The translations under genes and the position numbers were made by a program. Of a stretch of 33,706 nt of DNA, positions 1-8,698 are shown piece by piece. How positions within the stretch are numbered: position 1 is the first letter of the stretch; every line of letters begins with the position of its first letter. The notes beneath the pieces are model-generated. The model was not told the origin of the DNA. It searched no databases and worked only from the letters and a program-made list of their open reading frames with translations. The DNA comes from Candidatus Xenobia bacterium (lineage in GTDB: Bacteria; Vulcanimicrobiota; Xenobia; Xenobiales; QWHO01). The stretch lies in assembly GCA_045863235.1 (NCBI GenBank), contig BTUM01000086.1, positions 1 to 33,706 on the forward strand, read 5' to 3'.

Positions 1-2
1 AC

Positions 3-330
3 CCCCGCCCCGTCGAGCCCGCTCGCGCCAGCGCCGAGACTCGCCACGAAGACCCGGCCACGCGCCCAGTCGAGCCGGCCCGTGCCAGCGCCGAGACTCG
101 CGACGAAGCCCCCGCTCCCCGCCCTGTCGAGCCCGCTCGCGCCGGCGCCGAGACTCGCCACGAAGACCCGGCCCCTCGCCCCGTCGAGCCCCGCGCCGAG
201 ACTCGCCACGAAGACCCGGCCCCGCGCCCGGTCGAGCCCGCGCGCGCCAGCGCCGAGGCCCCCGCTCCCCCCCGCCCTGTCGAACCTGAGGCTCGCGATG
301 AGGCGCCCCACCCCGTCGAGCCCGCCCGAA
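3..330 (+). repeat. Intragenic imperfect tandem repeat, about 57 nt / 19 aa (RPVEPARASAETRHEDPAP)
   Basis: The gtcgagcc...gcgccgagactcgccacgaagacccggcc unit recurs about 4-5 times and then decays to PVEP motifs. Confidence 0.85.
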
Positions 331-2072
331 ATCCGACAGTCCCCGCGGAGAGGCACTCTCGCCCGGTTGAACCTGCTCTGGTCGCTCGCCCCGAAGAGCC
401 CCGACCGGTCGTGCCCGCTGACACCCAGGCCAGCGGGGAGCCCCTGCCCCACCCTCCCGTCGAGCCGGCCAGACAGACCGCACAAGCTCGGAACGAAGCC
501 GTCCCACCCCCAACCGAGGAGTCCGCTCCTGCGCGGGAGCGGATCGAAGCGCGGACGCTCGAGCCGACCGAAGCCGTTCTCCGAAGTCCCCGAAACGAGA
601 GTTCAGAGCCATCGGTCCGTGCCAGTCAGCCTACCGTCCGGACCCAGGAGAGCGACCCGGCGGCGCCCCCTCTCGAGCCGACCCTCTCCAGGGCCCGCGT
701 GGAAGTGCCCGCCCCGCCTCCCGTCGAGCTCGCCCCTCTCGAGACCCGGCCAGTGCAGCGTGCTCCCCTTCCCGAGCTCAGCCCCAACCTGCCCGAGGTT
801 CCCGACCTCGCCCTCAGCGAGCTCGAGCAGTCGGGTCAAATCGGCGATCTGCTCCCCACCAGCCCGCGAGCCGAGCAGGGTCCATCCGATCCGGACGGGC
901 CTCCCGAGTCTCGGCCTGGCAACGCCACCGTGGTGCGGCCGGTATCCGAGTCCTCCACCCATCGCTCACCTGACGCCTACAATCCGGCCGAGCCCCCCGA
1001 AACTCCCAGGCGCCTGTCCCCCCTCACGGCGACTGCCCCTGTGCGACCTCCCGAGGCCCCCCACGCCCAGGCCGAGGGCCAGTCGGGAGATACGGGCACC
1101 GGGGAGCAGGGCTCCCAGGAGCATGGCTCCGAGCGTCGGAGTCCTGCCCCTCTGGAGCGCCCCCAGCCGAAGCTGGCCGCTCCTCCCCCGGCTGCGCCTC
1201 TGGCCCCGAGTGCCTCCGGGCTCCCCGATCGGATGGACCCCAGCGACGAGTTCATCTCCTCCGAGCAAGAGCTGAAGGGCGGCACTGCCCTGCTCGGGAG
1301 CGAGAAGTTGGAGGCCGTGGCCAATCGCCAGGCGGCCAACACGGTGGCCAGTCTGCTCAAGAGGGCCAACCCCGAGCAAGACCTGCAGAACCTGGATGAG
1401 GATAGCGCAGTGCACGGGCTGAGCCTGATCATGAAGGCCATGGGCGGATTCAACATGGGGCGCACCGCTCGCGTGCAGAACCGGGCCATGGCCCTGGCCG
1501 ACGAACTCGGAGTGAAAGACTTCCGCACTCGCAAGCAGATTCGCTATGGCTCGGTGTTGCAGGACCTGGGCCAGACAGGACTTGATCTTTCCCAGGCCGA
1601 CCCCGAGCTCCTCAATGAGATGGCCGAGTTTCTGGCCTCCGAACCCGACCGCAACCTGCGCGGACTGCATCAGGCCGCGCTGTTGCGAGACATCGGCCAG
1701 ATCGCCATTCCCGAGAGCATCCGCAACAAGGCGGCTGAGCTGACCGATGAGGAGAGCGAGCTGATGCGCCTGCATCCCGAGTTGGGGCAGGAGATCGTCT
1801 CGGTGGTGCCTTCGCTGCGTCACCTCGGGCCGGTGATTCGCGGCCATCACGAGCGCTGGGATGGCGAGGGCTACCCGGACGGACTGCGGGGCAACAGGAT
1901 CCCCCTGGCGGCTCGCATCATCGCCGTGGCCGACCTCTTTGAGACCATGAGCGAGCAAGGAATGAGCCTGGCGGAGGCTCGCTCGGCACTGGAAGAGGGG
2001 GCCGGCACGGCTTTCGACCCGAGGATGATCGAGGCGTTCTCGCGGGTCCTGGAGAGCCAGCCGCAGCCCTGA
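3..2072 (+). CDS. 5'-truncated protein: long Pro/Glu/Arg-rich repeat region plus C-terminal degenerate HD-GYP domain
   Basis: The frame of ORF 411..2072 is open back to position 3 (PRPVEPARASAETRHEDPA...). The C-terminus has HHERWDGEGYPDGLRGNRIPLAARIIAVAD, typical of HD-GYP, but the HD dyad reads RD (LLRDIG). Confidence 0.85.
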   Translation, partial: PRPVEPARASAETRHEDPATRPVEPARASAETRDEAPAPRPVEPARAGAETRHEDPAPRPVEPRAETRHEDPAPRPVEPARASAEAPAPPRPVEPEARDEAPHPVEPARNPTVPAERHSRPVEPALVARPEEPRPVVPADTQASGEPLPHPPVEPARQTAQARNEAVPPPTEESAPARERIEARTLEPTEAVLRSPRNESSEPSVRASQPTVRTQESDPAAPPLEPTLSRARVEVPAPPPVELAPLETRPVQRAPLPELSPNLPEVPDLALSELEQSGQIGDLLPTSPRAEQGPSDPDGPPESRPGNATVVRPVSESSTHRSPDAYNPAEPPETPRRLSPLTATAPVRPPEAPHAQAEGQSGDTGTGEQGSQEHGSERRSPAPLERPQPKLAAPPPAAPLAPSASGLPDRMDPSDEFISSEQELKGGTALLGSEKLEAVANRQAANTVASLLKRANPEQDLQNLDEDSAVHGLSLIMKAMGGFNMGRTARVQNRAMALADELGVKDFRTRKQIRYGSVLQDLGQTGLDLSQADPELLNEMAEFLASEPDRNLRGLHQAALLRDIGQIAIPESIRNKAAELTDEESELMRLHPELGQEIVSVVPSLRHLGPVIRGHHERWDGEGYPDGLRGNRIPLAARIIAVADLFETMSEQGMSLAEARSALEEGAGTAFDPRMIEAFSRVLESQPQP

Positions 2073-2115
2073 GCGCAGGAGTTTCGGCGCACCCCGTTCA
2101 ACCTGCGAGCCAATC

Positions 2116-3060
2116 GTGTTGCCGAGATTCCTCTCTGAGCTGGCCGCGCCCTACGTGCTCGACCTTGGCCCTCGCACCGCCGACGTTCCCTGGGTGATCG
2201 GCGATGGTCGCAGCGGTACCACCTGGGTGGCCAACCTGATCAACTTTCGGGGGGACAGTCGCCTCCTGTTTGAGCCTTTTCACCCCACCAAGGTCCGACT
2301 GGCCCGGGGCTACCCCCTCTTCCTCTACCTGCGCCGCCAGGCTCGCCCGGAGACCCTGTGGAGCTTCTACGCGGACATCTTCACCGGAAGGCTACCGGCG
2401 CACCGGCGCATCGACCTCTACAACCCCCACCTGTTCTACCGCCGCCGCCTGGTCAAGGACATCTTCGCCAATCTGTTTGCGCACTGGGTAGACGAGCAGT
2501 TCCCCCGGGTGCGCAAGGTGCTGGTGGTCCGCCACCCTTTTGCCGTGGCCGTCTCCAAGAAGCGCAATCGCAGCTGGAAATGGATGGAGGACCCGCGGGC
2601 CCTGCTCAAGCAGCCCGATCTGATGAGGGACCATCTCGAGCCTTTCCGCGAGCTGCTGGAAGCCTCCCATCGCCGCTTCGAGCGCCAGGTCTTGCTGTGG
2701 TGCATCTTTCACTACGTGCCCCTGCGAGAGCTGAGGCGCCATCGCGTGCATCTGACCTTTTACGAGGAGTTGTGCGAGGATCCCGAGCCCGAGCTGGCCC
2801 GGCTGTTCGCCTATCTCGGCCAACCGCTCGGCCGTGAGCTCGATCCTCGCCTGCGGGCCCAGCTCAAGAACACTTTTCAGGTAACCTCTCGCAGCGCCAT
2901 CGTCACCGGCGGCGACCTGACCGGCAGCTGGCAGAGAAACATCACCTGCGCTCAGTACGAAGCCGGCATGGCCATTTTGCGCACCTTCGGGTTGGATTCG
3001 ATCTACGGCCAGGGTCTGCGGCCCGATCGAAACGCGGCCGAAGCTTTACTAGCAGGCTAG
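2116..3060 (+). CDS. Sulfotransferase family protein
   Basis: 5'-PSB-like motif IGDGRSGTTW, VVRHPFAVAVS (3'-PB-like), and YEELCEDP. Confidence 0.8.
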   Translation: MLPRFLSELAAPYVLDLGPRTADVPWVIGDGRSGTTWVANLINFRGDSRLLFEPFHPTKVRLARGYPLFLYLRRQARPETLWSFYADIFTGRLPAHRRIDLYNPHLFYRRRLVKDIFANLFAHWVDEQFPRVRKVLVVRHPFAVAVSKKRNRSWKWMEDPRALLKQPDLMRDHLEPFRELLEASHRRFERQVLLWCIFHYVPLRELRRHRVHLTFYEELCEDPEPELARLFAYLGQPLGRELDPRLRAQLKNTFQVTSRSAIVTGGDLTGSWQRNITCAQYEAGMAILRTFGLDSIYGQGLRPDRNAAEALLAG

Positions 3061-3107
3061 GGTTTTGGTTGAGCTTCTTTTCACGGCCTGCCGCTATGCT
3101 GAGGGCC

Positions 3108-3896
3108 ATGACCGCACCCACGCTCCAACGCCCGATGCTCTTCGTCCACGGCTATTGCGGCTGGGCAGACCAGGGGCGGCCGCTGTGCGAGTTCCTGGCC
3201 ACCAATCCCGAGAATCGGGTGGGGGGAACCTTTCGAAGCGGCCACGAGGACGAGTTCCGCCAGACGGTGCGCTCCCAACCCGAAAGCGCCGTCTACACGA
3301 TCGCCCTCTCCAACCCCCGTGCGAGCTACACCGAGGTGGCCGAGGAGCTGACCGAGGCCGTGGCCATCCTGAATCAGGAGACGGGGCTGGAGGTGGACGT
3401 GGTGGCCCACAGCATGGGAGGACTGGTCACGCGTGAGCACCTCGACCGGGGCCACGACGGCATCCACAGCGTCTTCTTCCTGGGCACTCCTCAGCACGGG
3501 GTACCCTTCACCCCGGTGACGGCGGCAGCGGCGACACTCTACGCGCCGGTGCTGGGCAACGCCCCCCGCTCGCTGCTGGCCGACTCGGCCCTGCTCACCT
3601 CCGGGCACAACCGCCATCTGACCGAGCTGAACGAGCGCTGGCCCGAGCAGCGGGAGAAGCTCGACAAAGCCTATACGGTGGTGGGCACGCGCCTGCCCAC
3701 GGCCACCTCCAGCTTCCCCTTCGTGGGCAGCGGAGACGGGGTGGTGGCCACCCGCAGCGCCGAGCTCGAGGGGACGGAAAAGGTGGCCGTGCGCGAGTTG
3801 GACCCCTTCAGCCTGCCCGTCGCCGACAACCACCTGAGCCTGATCTCCAACCCCAAGGTGCTGGCCTTCATCGCCGACGCCGTGACAGAGAGGTAA
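3108..3896 (+). CDS. Alpha/beta hydrolase (lipase/PGAP1-like)
   Basis: FVHGY oxyanion motif, AHSMGG nucleophile elbow, GTPQHG, DGVV and C-terminal His (DNHL). Start set at ATG 3108 from the TATGCT box at 3095-3100. Confidence 0.85.
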   Translation: MTAPTLQRPMLFVHGYCGWADQGRPLCEFLATNPENRVGGTFRSGHEDEFRQTVRSQPESAVYTIALSNPRASYTEVAEELTEAVAILNQETGLEVDVVAHSMGGLVTREHLDRGHDGIHSVFFLGTPQHGVPFTPVTAAAATLYAPVLGNAPRSLLADSALLTSGHNRHLTELNERWPEQREKLDKAYTVVGTRLPTATSSFPFVGSGDGVVATRSAELEGTEKVAVRELDPFSLPVADNHLSLISNPKVLAFIADAVTER

Positions 3897-3903
3897 CGAA
3901 CGC

Positions 3904-4734
3904 TCAACCCGCTCGCGAGGCGACCAGCCCGTACATCAAAGGCAGGTCAGGGAGCTCGCTCGGAGGGGCGAAGCGCCGTCCGCCCAGGTCTCGCATACGC
4001 TCGAAGGCGCGGTAGCCGTTGGCGTAAGGATACTCGTCCAGGCGCTCGAGTCGCAGGCCGGCTCGTGCGATAGCCGTCAGCACGGTTCCCAGGGGCCACT
4101 GGAACTCGTAGCAGGGGGCCTGGTTGTGGAATGGCTCGCACTCCTGAAAGCCACTGGGGGCAAGCTCCGGACCCACGTAGTCGCTTACGCCCGACTCCCA
4201 CTCGAGGACCCCCGTGGGGAAGTAGGAATAGCGCAGGGTCCAATCCTGCTCGAAGCACATGAACACGGGGTGGAACTCCACCAGCACCAGTCGCCCGCCC
4301 GGCACCAGCGCGCGGGCTACCCCTGCCGCCCAGAGATCCAGGTCGGAGAGCCAGCACAGCGCTCCATAAGAGCTGAAGACGAGGTCGAAGGAGGGGCTGG
4401 AAGCGAGCCACTGATAGACGTCCTGGCGATGGAACTCGGCCCCAATTCCTGCATCCTGGCTCAACTGGCGGGCAAAGTCGATGGCCGCGTCGCTTATGTC
4501 CACCCCTGTGACCCGGGCCCCCAGTCGGGCCAGCGACAGGCTGTCCTGGCCCGCGTTGCACTGCAGGTGGAGCAGACTCTTGCCATCCAGGCGGCCGAGC
4601 AGCTCGATCTCCTCGGGAAACAAAGTGCTGCCGCCCTGGCGCAGGAAGGCAGCCTGGTCGAGCTTGTGGGCGTTGTGGGCCCGGGTGGCCTGGTTCCAGG
4701 AGAGACGGTTCTTCTCGTGCAGCTCGCCGTGCAT
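3904..4734 (-). CDS. Class I SAM-dependent methyltransferase
   Basis: Motif I variant LLHLQCNAGQD, VTGVDIS, FDLVFSSYGALCW and LVPGG. Confidence 0.9.
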   Translation of the reverse strand: MHGELHEKNRLSWNQATRAHNAHKLDQAAFLRQGGSTLFPEEIELLGRLDGKSLLHLQCNAGQDSLSLARLGARVTGVDISDAAIDFARQLSQDAGIGAEFHRQDVYQWLASSPSFDLVFSSYGALCWLSDLDLWAAGVARALVPGGRLVLVEFHPVFMCFEQDWTLRYSYFPTGVLEWESGVSDYVGPELAPSGFQECEPFHNQAPCYEFQWPLGTVLTAIARAGLRLERLDEYPYANGYRAFERMRDLGGRRFAPPSELPDLPLMYGLVASRAG

Positions 4735-4741
4735 CGAAGCG

Positions 4742-5275
4742 TTAAGGGCGCTCCATCAAACCCTGGTAGGAGTCGTACTGGGGAAAGTTCTCCGGGGTGG
4801 ATGCCTTTTCATGGTGCTTGCCCCTGCAGTAAAACGTGTAGGCAGCCACAGTCGTCGCCTCCGCCTCCTGATCGTCGGACGGCGCGAACGATTGATAGGT
4901 TGGGCTGTAGGTATCCACCCGGGCCGACGGGCAGTTGGGAATGATCTTGAGGTAGTTCGGGGTCAACAGGCCCAGGTTCGGCGGGTAAAGGCCTTTGTTA
5001 TCGGTGGCATACATCTCGCAGGCGGTGGCGATGTTCTTCAGGTTGGACTTGCAGGCCGTCAATCTGCCCTGATTCGGTGCTTTGATGTAGCCCGGGGAGA
5101 GGATGGCCCAGGCAAAAAGGAGCATCGTCAAGGTCGAGTAAATCCCAAAATGAATCAGGTTCTGTTTGCGGCGCTCCTTGGAGACGAGCGCAACGACCAG
5201 ATTGTAGAGAGCCAGCACCGGCATCGCAAGCGCGATGCCAATGAGGACGAGAACAAGGTAAGGGCTGGAGGTCAC
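4742..5275 (-). CDS. Membrane-anchored pilin/pseudopilin-like protein
   Basis: Two N-terminal hydrophobic helices, then ACKSNLKNIATACEMYATDNKGLYP resembling the pilin/GspG alpha-helix, plus further Cys residues. Start is GTG 5275 (or TTG 5281) after AAGGGG. Confidence 0.6.
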   Translation of the reverse strand: MTSSPYLVLVLIGIALAMPVLALYNLVVALVSKERRKQNLIHFGIYSTLTMLLFAWAILSPGYIKAPNQGRLTACKSNLKNIATACEMYATDNKGLYPPNLGLLTPNYLKIIPNCPSARVDTYSPTYQSFAPSDDQEAEATTVAAYTFYCRGKHHEKASTPENFPQYDSYQGLMERP

Positions 5276-5341
5276 TGACAATCCCCTTCACGAAAGCTAC
5301 CTCATCCGCTTCGGGAAGGAAGCCCGACATTCCGCCTGACC

Positions 5342-5686
5342 TCAGCGCCGCGGCGGCGGGGGCAACAGGTCCACCAGCAGGGCCCGGGGCAGCTCGTTCC
5401 CCTCGACGTCGAAGACCATCACCAGGCTGCCCACCTGGACCGCTTCTCGGCCCACCTGGGTGCGGCCCAACCGATAATGCGTTGCGGCATCGAGCAGCAC
5501 CGTCTTGCGCCAACCAGACGCAGTCTCCAGCTCCAGCCTGTCGCCCTGCAGCGAGCGCACGCGGGCGGGCGGGTCGTGCGGGGGAGGCCCGGGACGGCGG
5601 TGTGGTCCACCGTGTTTCATGGCCGAGGTGGCGGCCACGGCCAGGATGACGGCCATCAGACCCATGAAAAAACGAGATCGGGGCAT
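5342..5686 (-). CDS. Small exported protein (DUF5666-like beta domain)
   Basis: Sec-type signal MPRSRFFMGLMAVILAVAA, AGGAGG SD, and a TVLLDAATHY...VQVGSLVMV pattern. Confidence 0.6.
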   Translation of the reverse strand: MPRSRFFMGLMAVILAVAATSAMKHGGPHRRPGPPPHDPPARVRSLQGDRLELETASGWRKTVLLDAATHYRLGRTQVGREAVQVGSLVMVFDVEGNELPRALLVDLLPPPPRR

Positions 5687-5693
5687 TTCAGAA

Positions 5694-5721
5694 TCCTCCT
5701 TTTCTGCATTGTAAAGGAGGA
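5694..5721 (-). promoter_or_regulatory. TACAAT -10 box inside an inverted repeat that pairs with the SD of the 5686 gene
   Basis: On the + strand TCCTCCTTT (5694-5702) pairs with AAAGGAGGA (5713-5721). TACAAT lies on the - strand at 5708-5713. Confidence 0.5.
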
Positions 5722-5734
5722 AGGTAAAGAAAAT

Positions 5735-6490
5735 TCAGGGGGTGGGCCCGTGGGTGAAGTGGGGCCCCACCAGGCACGAGAGCTCGCGCTCGATACGCAG
5801 GCTGATGGCCCGCTTCTGGTCGACCAGCTCGGCCTGCACCGGGTCGGCCCCGGGCAGAAGGCGCGACTGGACTTTGTTCTCGCGCCCGGGCACGGTGACG
5901 GCCACCCCCTGGCGCAGCTCCTCGGCGCTCAAACCTGCATCGGGGCAGTCGACCTTCACGATCTGGTCGAAGTCGGCGTTTCCGAAGATGGGGTGCACCA
6001 GGTAGGTATCGCCAGGAGTGCCGTAGAGCGTGTAGCTCAGCTCGTCAGGTCCGCGCGAGGTGCTGTCGAGGTGGCGTGAGTCCACCACCTGGTTGACGCG
6101 CACCTTCACCCCTTCGAGCAGAGGGGTACCGCCCGCTTCGAAGTTGCCCCGGTAGAGGGTGCCCTCGAACTCGGTCAGACGGCCGCCGAGCAGATCCCCG
6201 AGCGAGAACTCGTCGGGCACGAAAGTGTGCAGCTCGTTGCCAAACGAGCGGCCAACCTCGAGCTCGGGATGCTCCAGCCGGACCTCCATGACCGCCTGGT
6301 AGTCATGCGGCTCATGGAACATCGGGATGTGAGAGAAGTGCCCGCTGCCGAACGCGATCATCCCGTGCACGCCCACGTGGCCGCCGGGGGGCGGCGCCTC
6401 GTGCGACAGGGTGACCTGGTCGGGTTGGTCGGCGCGAGGCGAAGGGCCGACGCTGACGGCGGGGCGGGGCATCACAGGCTGGATGATCAT
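5735..6490 (-). CDS. Hypothetical His-motif protein, probably with its own start inside ORF 5735..7297
   Basis: Begins MIIQPVMPRP...DQVTLS with TAGAGT 7 nt upstream. The domain contains HGMIAFG and SHIPMFHEPHDYQ. Confidence 0.6.
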   Translation of the reverse strand: MIIQPVMPRPAVSVGPSPRADQPDQVTLSHEAPPPGGHVGVHGMIAFGSGHFSHIPMFHEPHDYQAVMEVRLEHPELEVGRSFGNELHTFVPDEFSLGDLLGGRLTEFEGTLYRGNFEAGGTPLLEGVKVRVNQVVDSRHLDSTSRGPDELSYTLYGTPGDTYLVHPIFGNADFDQIVKVDCPDAGLSAEELRQGVAVTVPGRENKVQSRLLPGADPVQAELVDQKRAISLRIERELSCLVGPHFTHGPTP

Positions 6491-7225
6491 GCCCGACACT
6501 CTATCCGAGGAAGGCGAGGGTGGTGTTTCCGAGCTGTGAACTGTCGTCGCTGAGATTGCGCGAAAGTACTCCTCGTTGCTCCAGACGGCCCGCACCCCGA
6601 CCGCCGTGCCGCGGGGCACCACGAACTCGCTCAGCCCCACGTGGTTTGCAGAGCCCCAGTCGTAGGTGTATCCCAGGCGGGTCCAGGGATAGGGCGCGGC
6701 CCCCCGGTAACAGCCCTCCCGGCGGCCTTCGAACCAGGCTCGATAGCTGTCGCTGACGCCGGCCGGAAACTCGAGCCCGGCCTCGCGGTCGGTGACCTCG
6801 GGATCGGGGCTGGGCCGCACCATCGTTTCGGGCCACACCCACAGCTCGACCAGCCGATTCTTGCCGGTCCCGGGGGGCAGGCCCAGCAACTGCTCCAGTC
6901 GCCCCACGCCGGGGGCGATTCCCTGTGAGCGGAACCAGCTGGCCACGGCCGGCACGGGGGTCACGAAGCTGTCCTCGACCACCACCATGTCCTGGCCCAG
7001 CGACCGATCGAATTGAGCGCCGGACACCCAGCGCAGCATCAAGACCCGCGAGCGCCCGGGCTGCGCCTCCCAGACCAGCTCGCCCTGGTCGGCCGTGAGG
7101 GCCACCAGCTGCCGGCAAATCTCGCCTGGCTCGGCTCGCTCGGCATCCCGGACCGCCTCGAGGTAAGCGGGGTCGAGGTAGTTCTGGGCCAGGCCCAGGC
7201 TGGAGAGCAGCAGCCAGAAGAGCAT
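6491..7225 (-). CDS. Exported hypothetical domain (YPWTRLGYTYDWG motif), in frame with the downstream unit and with no stop between them
   Basis: Signal-like MLFWLLLSSLGLA, then LEQLLGLPP, ELWV, RPSPDPE, YPWTRLGYTYDWG and GLSEFVV. Confidence 0.6.
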
Positions 7226-7286
7226 CCAGCCGCAAAACCTGAGGAGGGACCTGCCCCCGCCGTCGCGCGGCCGGACGGCCGCGCTC

Positions 7287-8696
7287 CTACAGGGCATCGA
7301 GCAGGTCGCGCAGCTTGTTGACCGTAGGGTGGCTGCGGCCCAACAGGCCTTCCTGCAGGGTCAGCGCTTCGGCCAGGTAGACCCGGGCCTCGCGCGGGTA
7401 GCCCTGGGAGGCCGAGTAGCGGCCCATGGACTCGAAAAAGGCGGCTCGTGCCTGGCGCGTGCCCAATCCCTGGGCAGCCACCAGTTCCTGGACATGTGCC
7501 TCCAGCTGGCGCGGGGCGATTCGCAGCTGCTGGAGCACCTGCACCAGGCCCTGAAGCAGCTCGACCGAGCGTTCCGGGGCCAGTTGCACGGCCCTCTGGT
7601 AATAGGTTTTGGCGTCCAGCAACTGGTTCTCGGCCACGGCCCTCTCGGCCGCGGCAACAATCAGGGCCAGGTTGGGTCCCTCGATCTTCTCGCGAGCCTG
7701 GAGCAACCGCTCGATCTGGCTCAGCCGGGCTCGCTCGAGCTGGGTTTCGAGGTAGGCCGAGGCCCGGGTGACCTGAGCCGGAGTCATGTCGGGCAGGCGC
7801 TCCCAGAGCAGGTTGCGGAGCTCGCGCAGAGCCTCCTTGAGCTGGCCGGTCAGCTCTTGAAAGCGTCGATCCTCCACCACCCCGTCCATCTCCTCAGTGA
7901 GCTTCAAAGCCGAGGTCCAGACCACGGCCCTGAGTCCGCGGGTGCGGGGGCCCTCGAAGGCCAGACCGTCCACCACCAGCATGGTCTTGGAGGACACCTC
8001 GTCGCCGGTCAGACCCAGCGCTGCCACGAAGTCGCCCCCCGGTGCCGGCCGGGCTTCCACCTGAGCCCGGGCCGGGCGGTAGAAGGGCATTCCCTCCACC
8101 GGTCCGAGCAAGAGAACGGCCAGGCAACCCTTGAGGTCGAAGCGCCCGCGCAGGGGGGTCCCCCCCACCGAAACCGGGATGGGGCAAAGCTGGCAAAAAT
8201 TCTTGAGGTAACGGTCCTCGCGGTGGACGGGGCGGCTGAGCACCCGCTTGACGATGGCGGGGCGGCAGTCGACCTCCAGGACCACGTCGGTGCAGGGCTG
8301 GCTGAGCACGGCCCGCAGCTCGCCCCGGATGCGCAGCAGCTTGCCCGAGCTCTGCAGCCTGATCTCGCGCGGCTGCAACCCCGACGCCAGAGCCACGGCC
8401 CGGGCCAGGGCGCCCTCGGGTCCGGGGGCCTCGAGGCACTCCGACAGCCGCTCCATGGTGCTCGGCCCCACCTCGAAGCCGGGCAGCTCAAAGCGGGTCA
8501 CCCAGCCCTGGCGCTCCATCCGCACCTCACGGGCTCCTCCCCGCAGGGCGGCTTGAACCAGGCAGAGGGCGTACAGCTCAGGATCGGTCTTGAGCGGTTC
8601 CGGCTCGGGTCGCTTCACCCGGCGATGCTTCTCGATGCCGGGCCTCCGCTTCCTGGTCGGGGAGGATTGCTCTGGATGCGGCGAACTTGCAGCCAT
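7287..8696 (-). CDS. Hypothetical protein with degenerate GHKL/Hsp90-like N-terminus and C-terminal TPRs
   Basis: DPELYALCLVQAALRGGA resembles the GHKL motif I region. TPR-like AKTYYQRAVQLAP and EARVYLAEALTLQEGLLGRSHP. Start uncertain. Confidence 0.55.
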   Translation of the reverse strand: MAASSPHPEQSSPTRKRRPGIEKHRRVKRPEPEPLKTDPELYALCLVQAALRGGAREVRMERQGWVTRFELPGFEVGPSTMERLSECLEAPGPEGALARAVALASGLQPREIRLQSSGKLLRIRGELRAVLSQPCTDVVLEVDCRPAIVKRVLSRPVHREDRYLKNFCQLCPIPVSVGGTPLRGRFDLKGCLAVLLLGPVEGMPFYRPARAQVEARPAPGGDFVAALGLTGDEVSSKTMLVVDGLAFEGPRTRGLRAVVWTSALKLTEEMDGVVEDRRFQELTGQLKEALRELRNLLWERLPDMTPAQVTRASAYLETQLERARLSQIERLLQAREKIEGPNLALIVAAAERAVAENQLLDAKTYYQRAVQLAPERSVELLQGLVQVLQQLRIAPRQLEAHVQELVAAQGLGTRQARAAFFESMGRYSASQGYPREARVYLAEALTLQEGLLGRSHPTVNKLRDLLDAL

Positions 8697-8698
8697 CC

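Noticed and set aside
82..1275. 397-aa Pro/Ser/Arg-rich ORF
   Set aside because: Shadow frame of the repeat region. The frame contiguous with the HD-GYP domain is the plausible gene.
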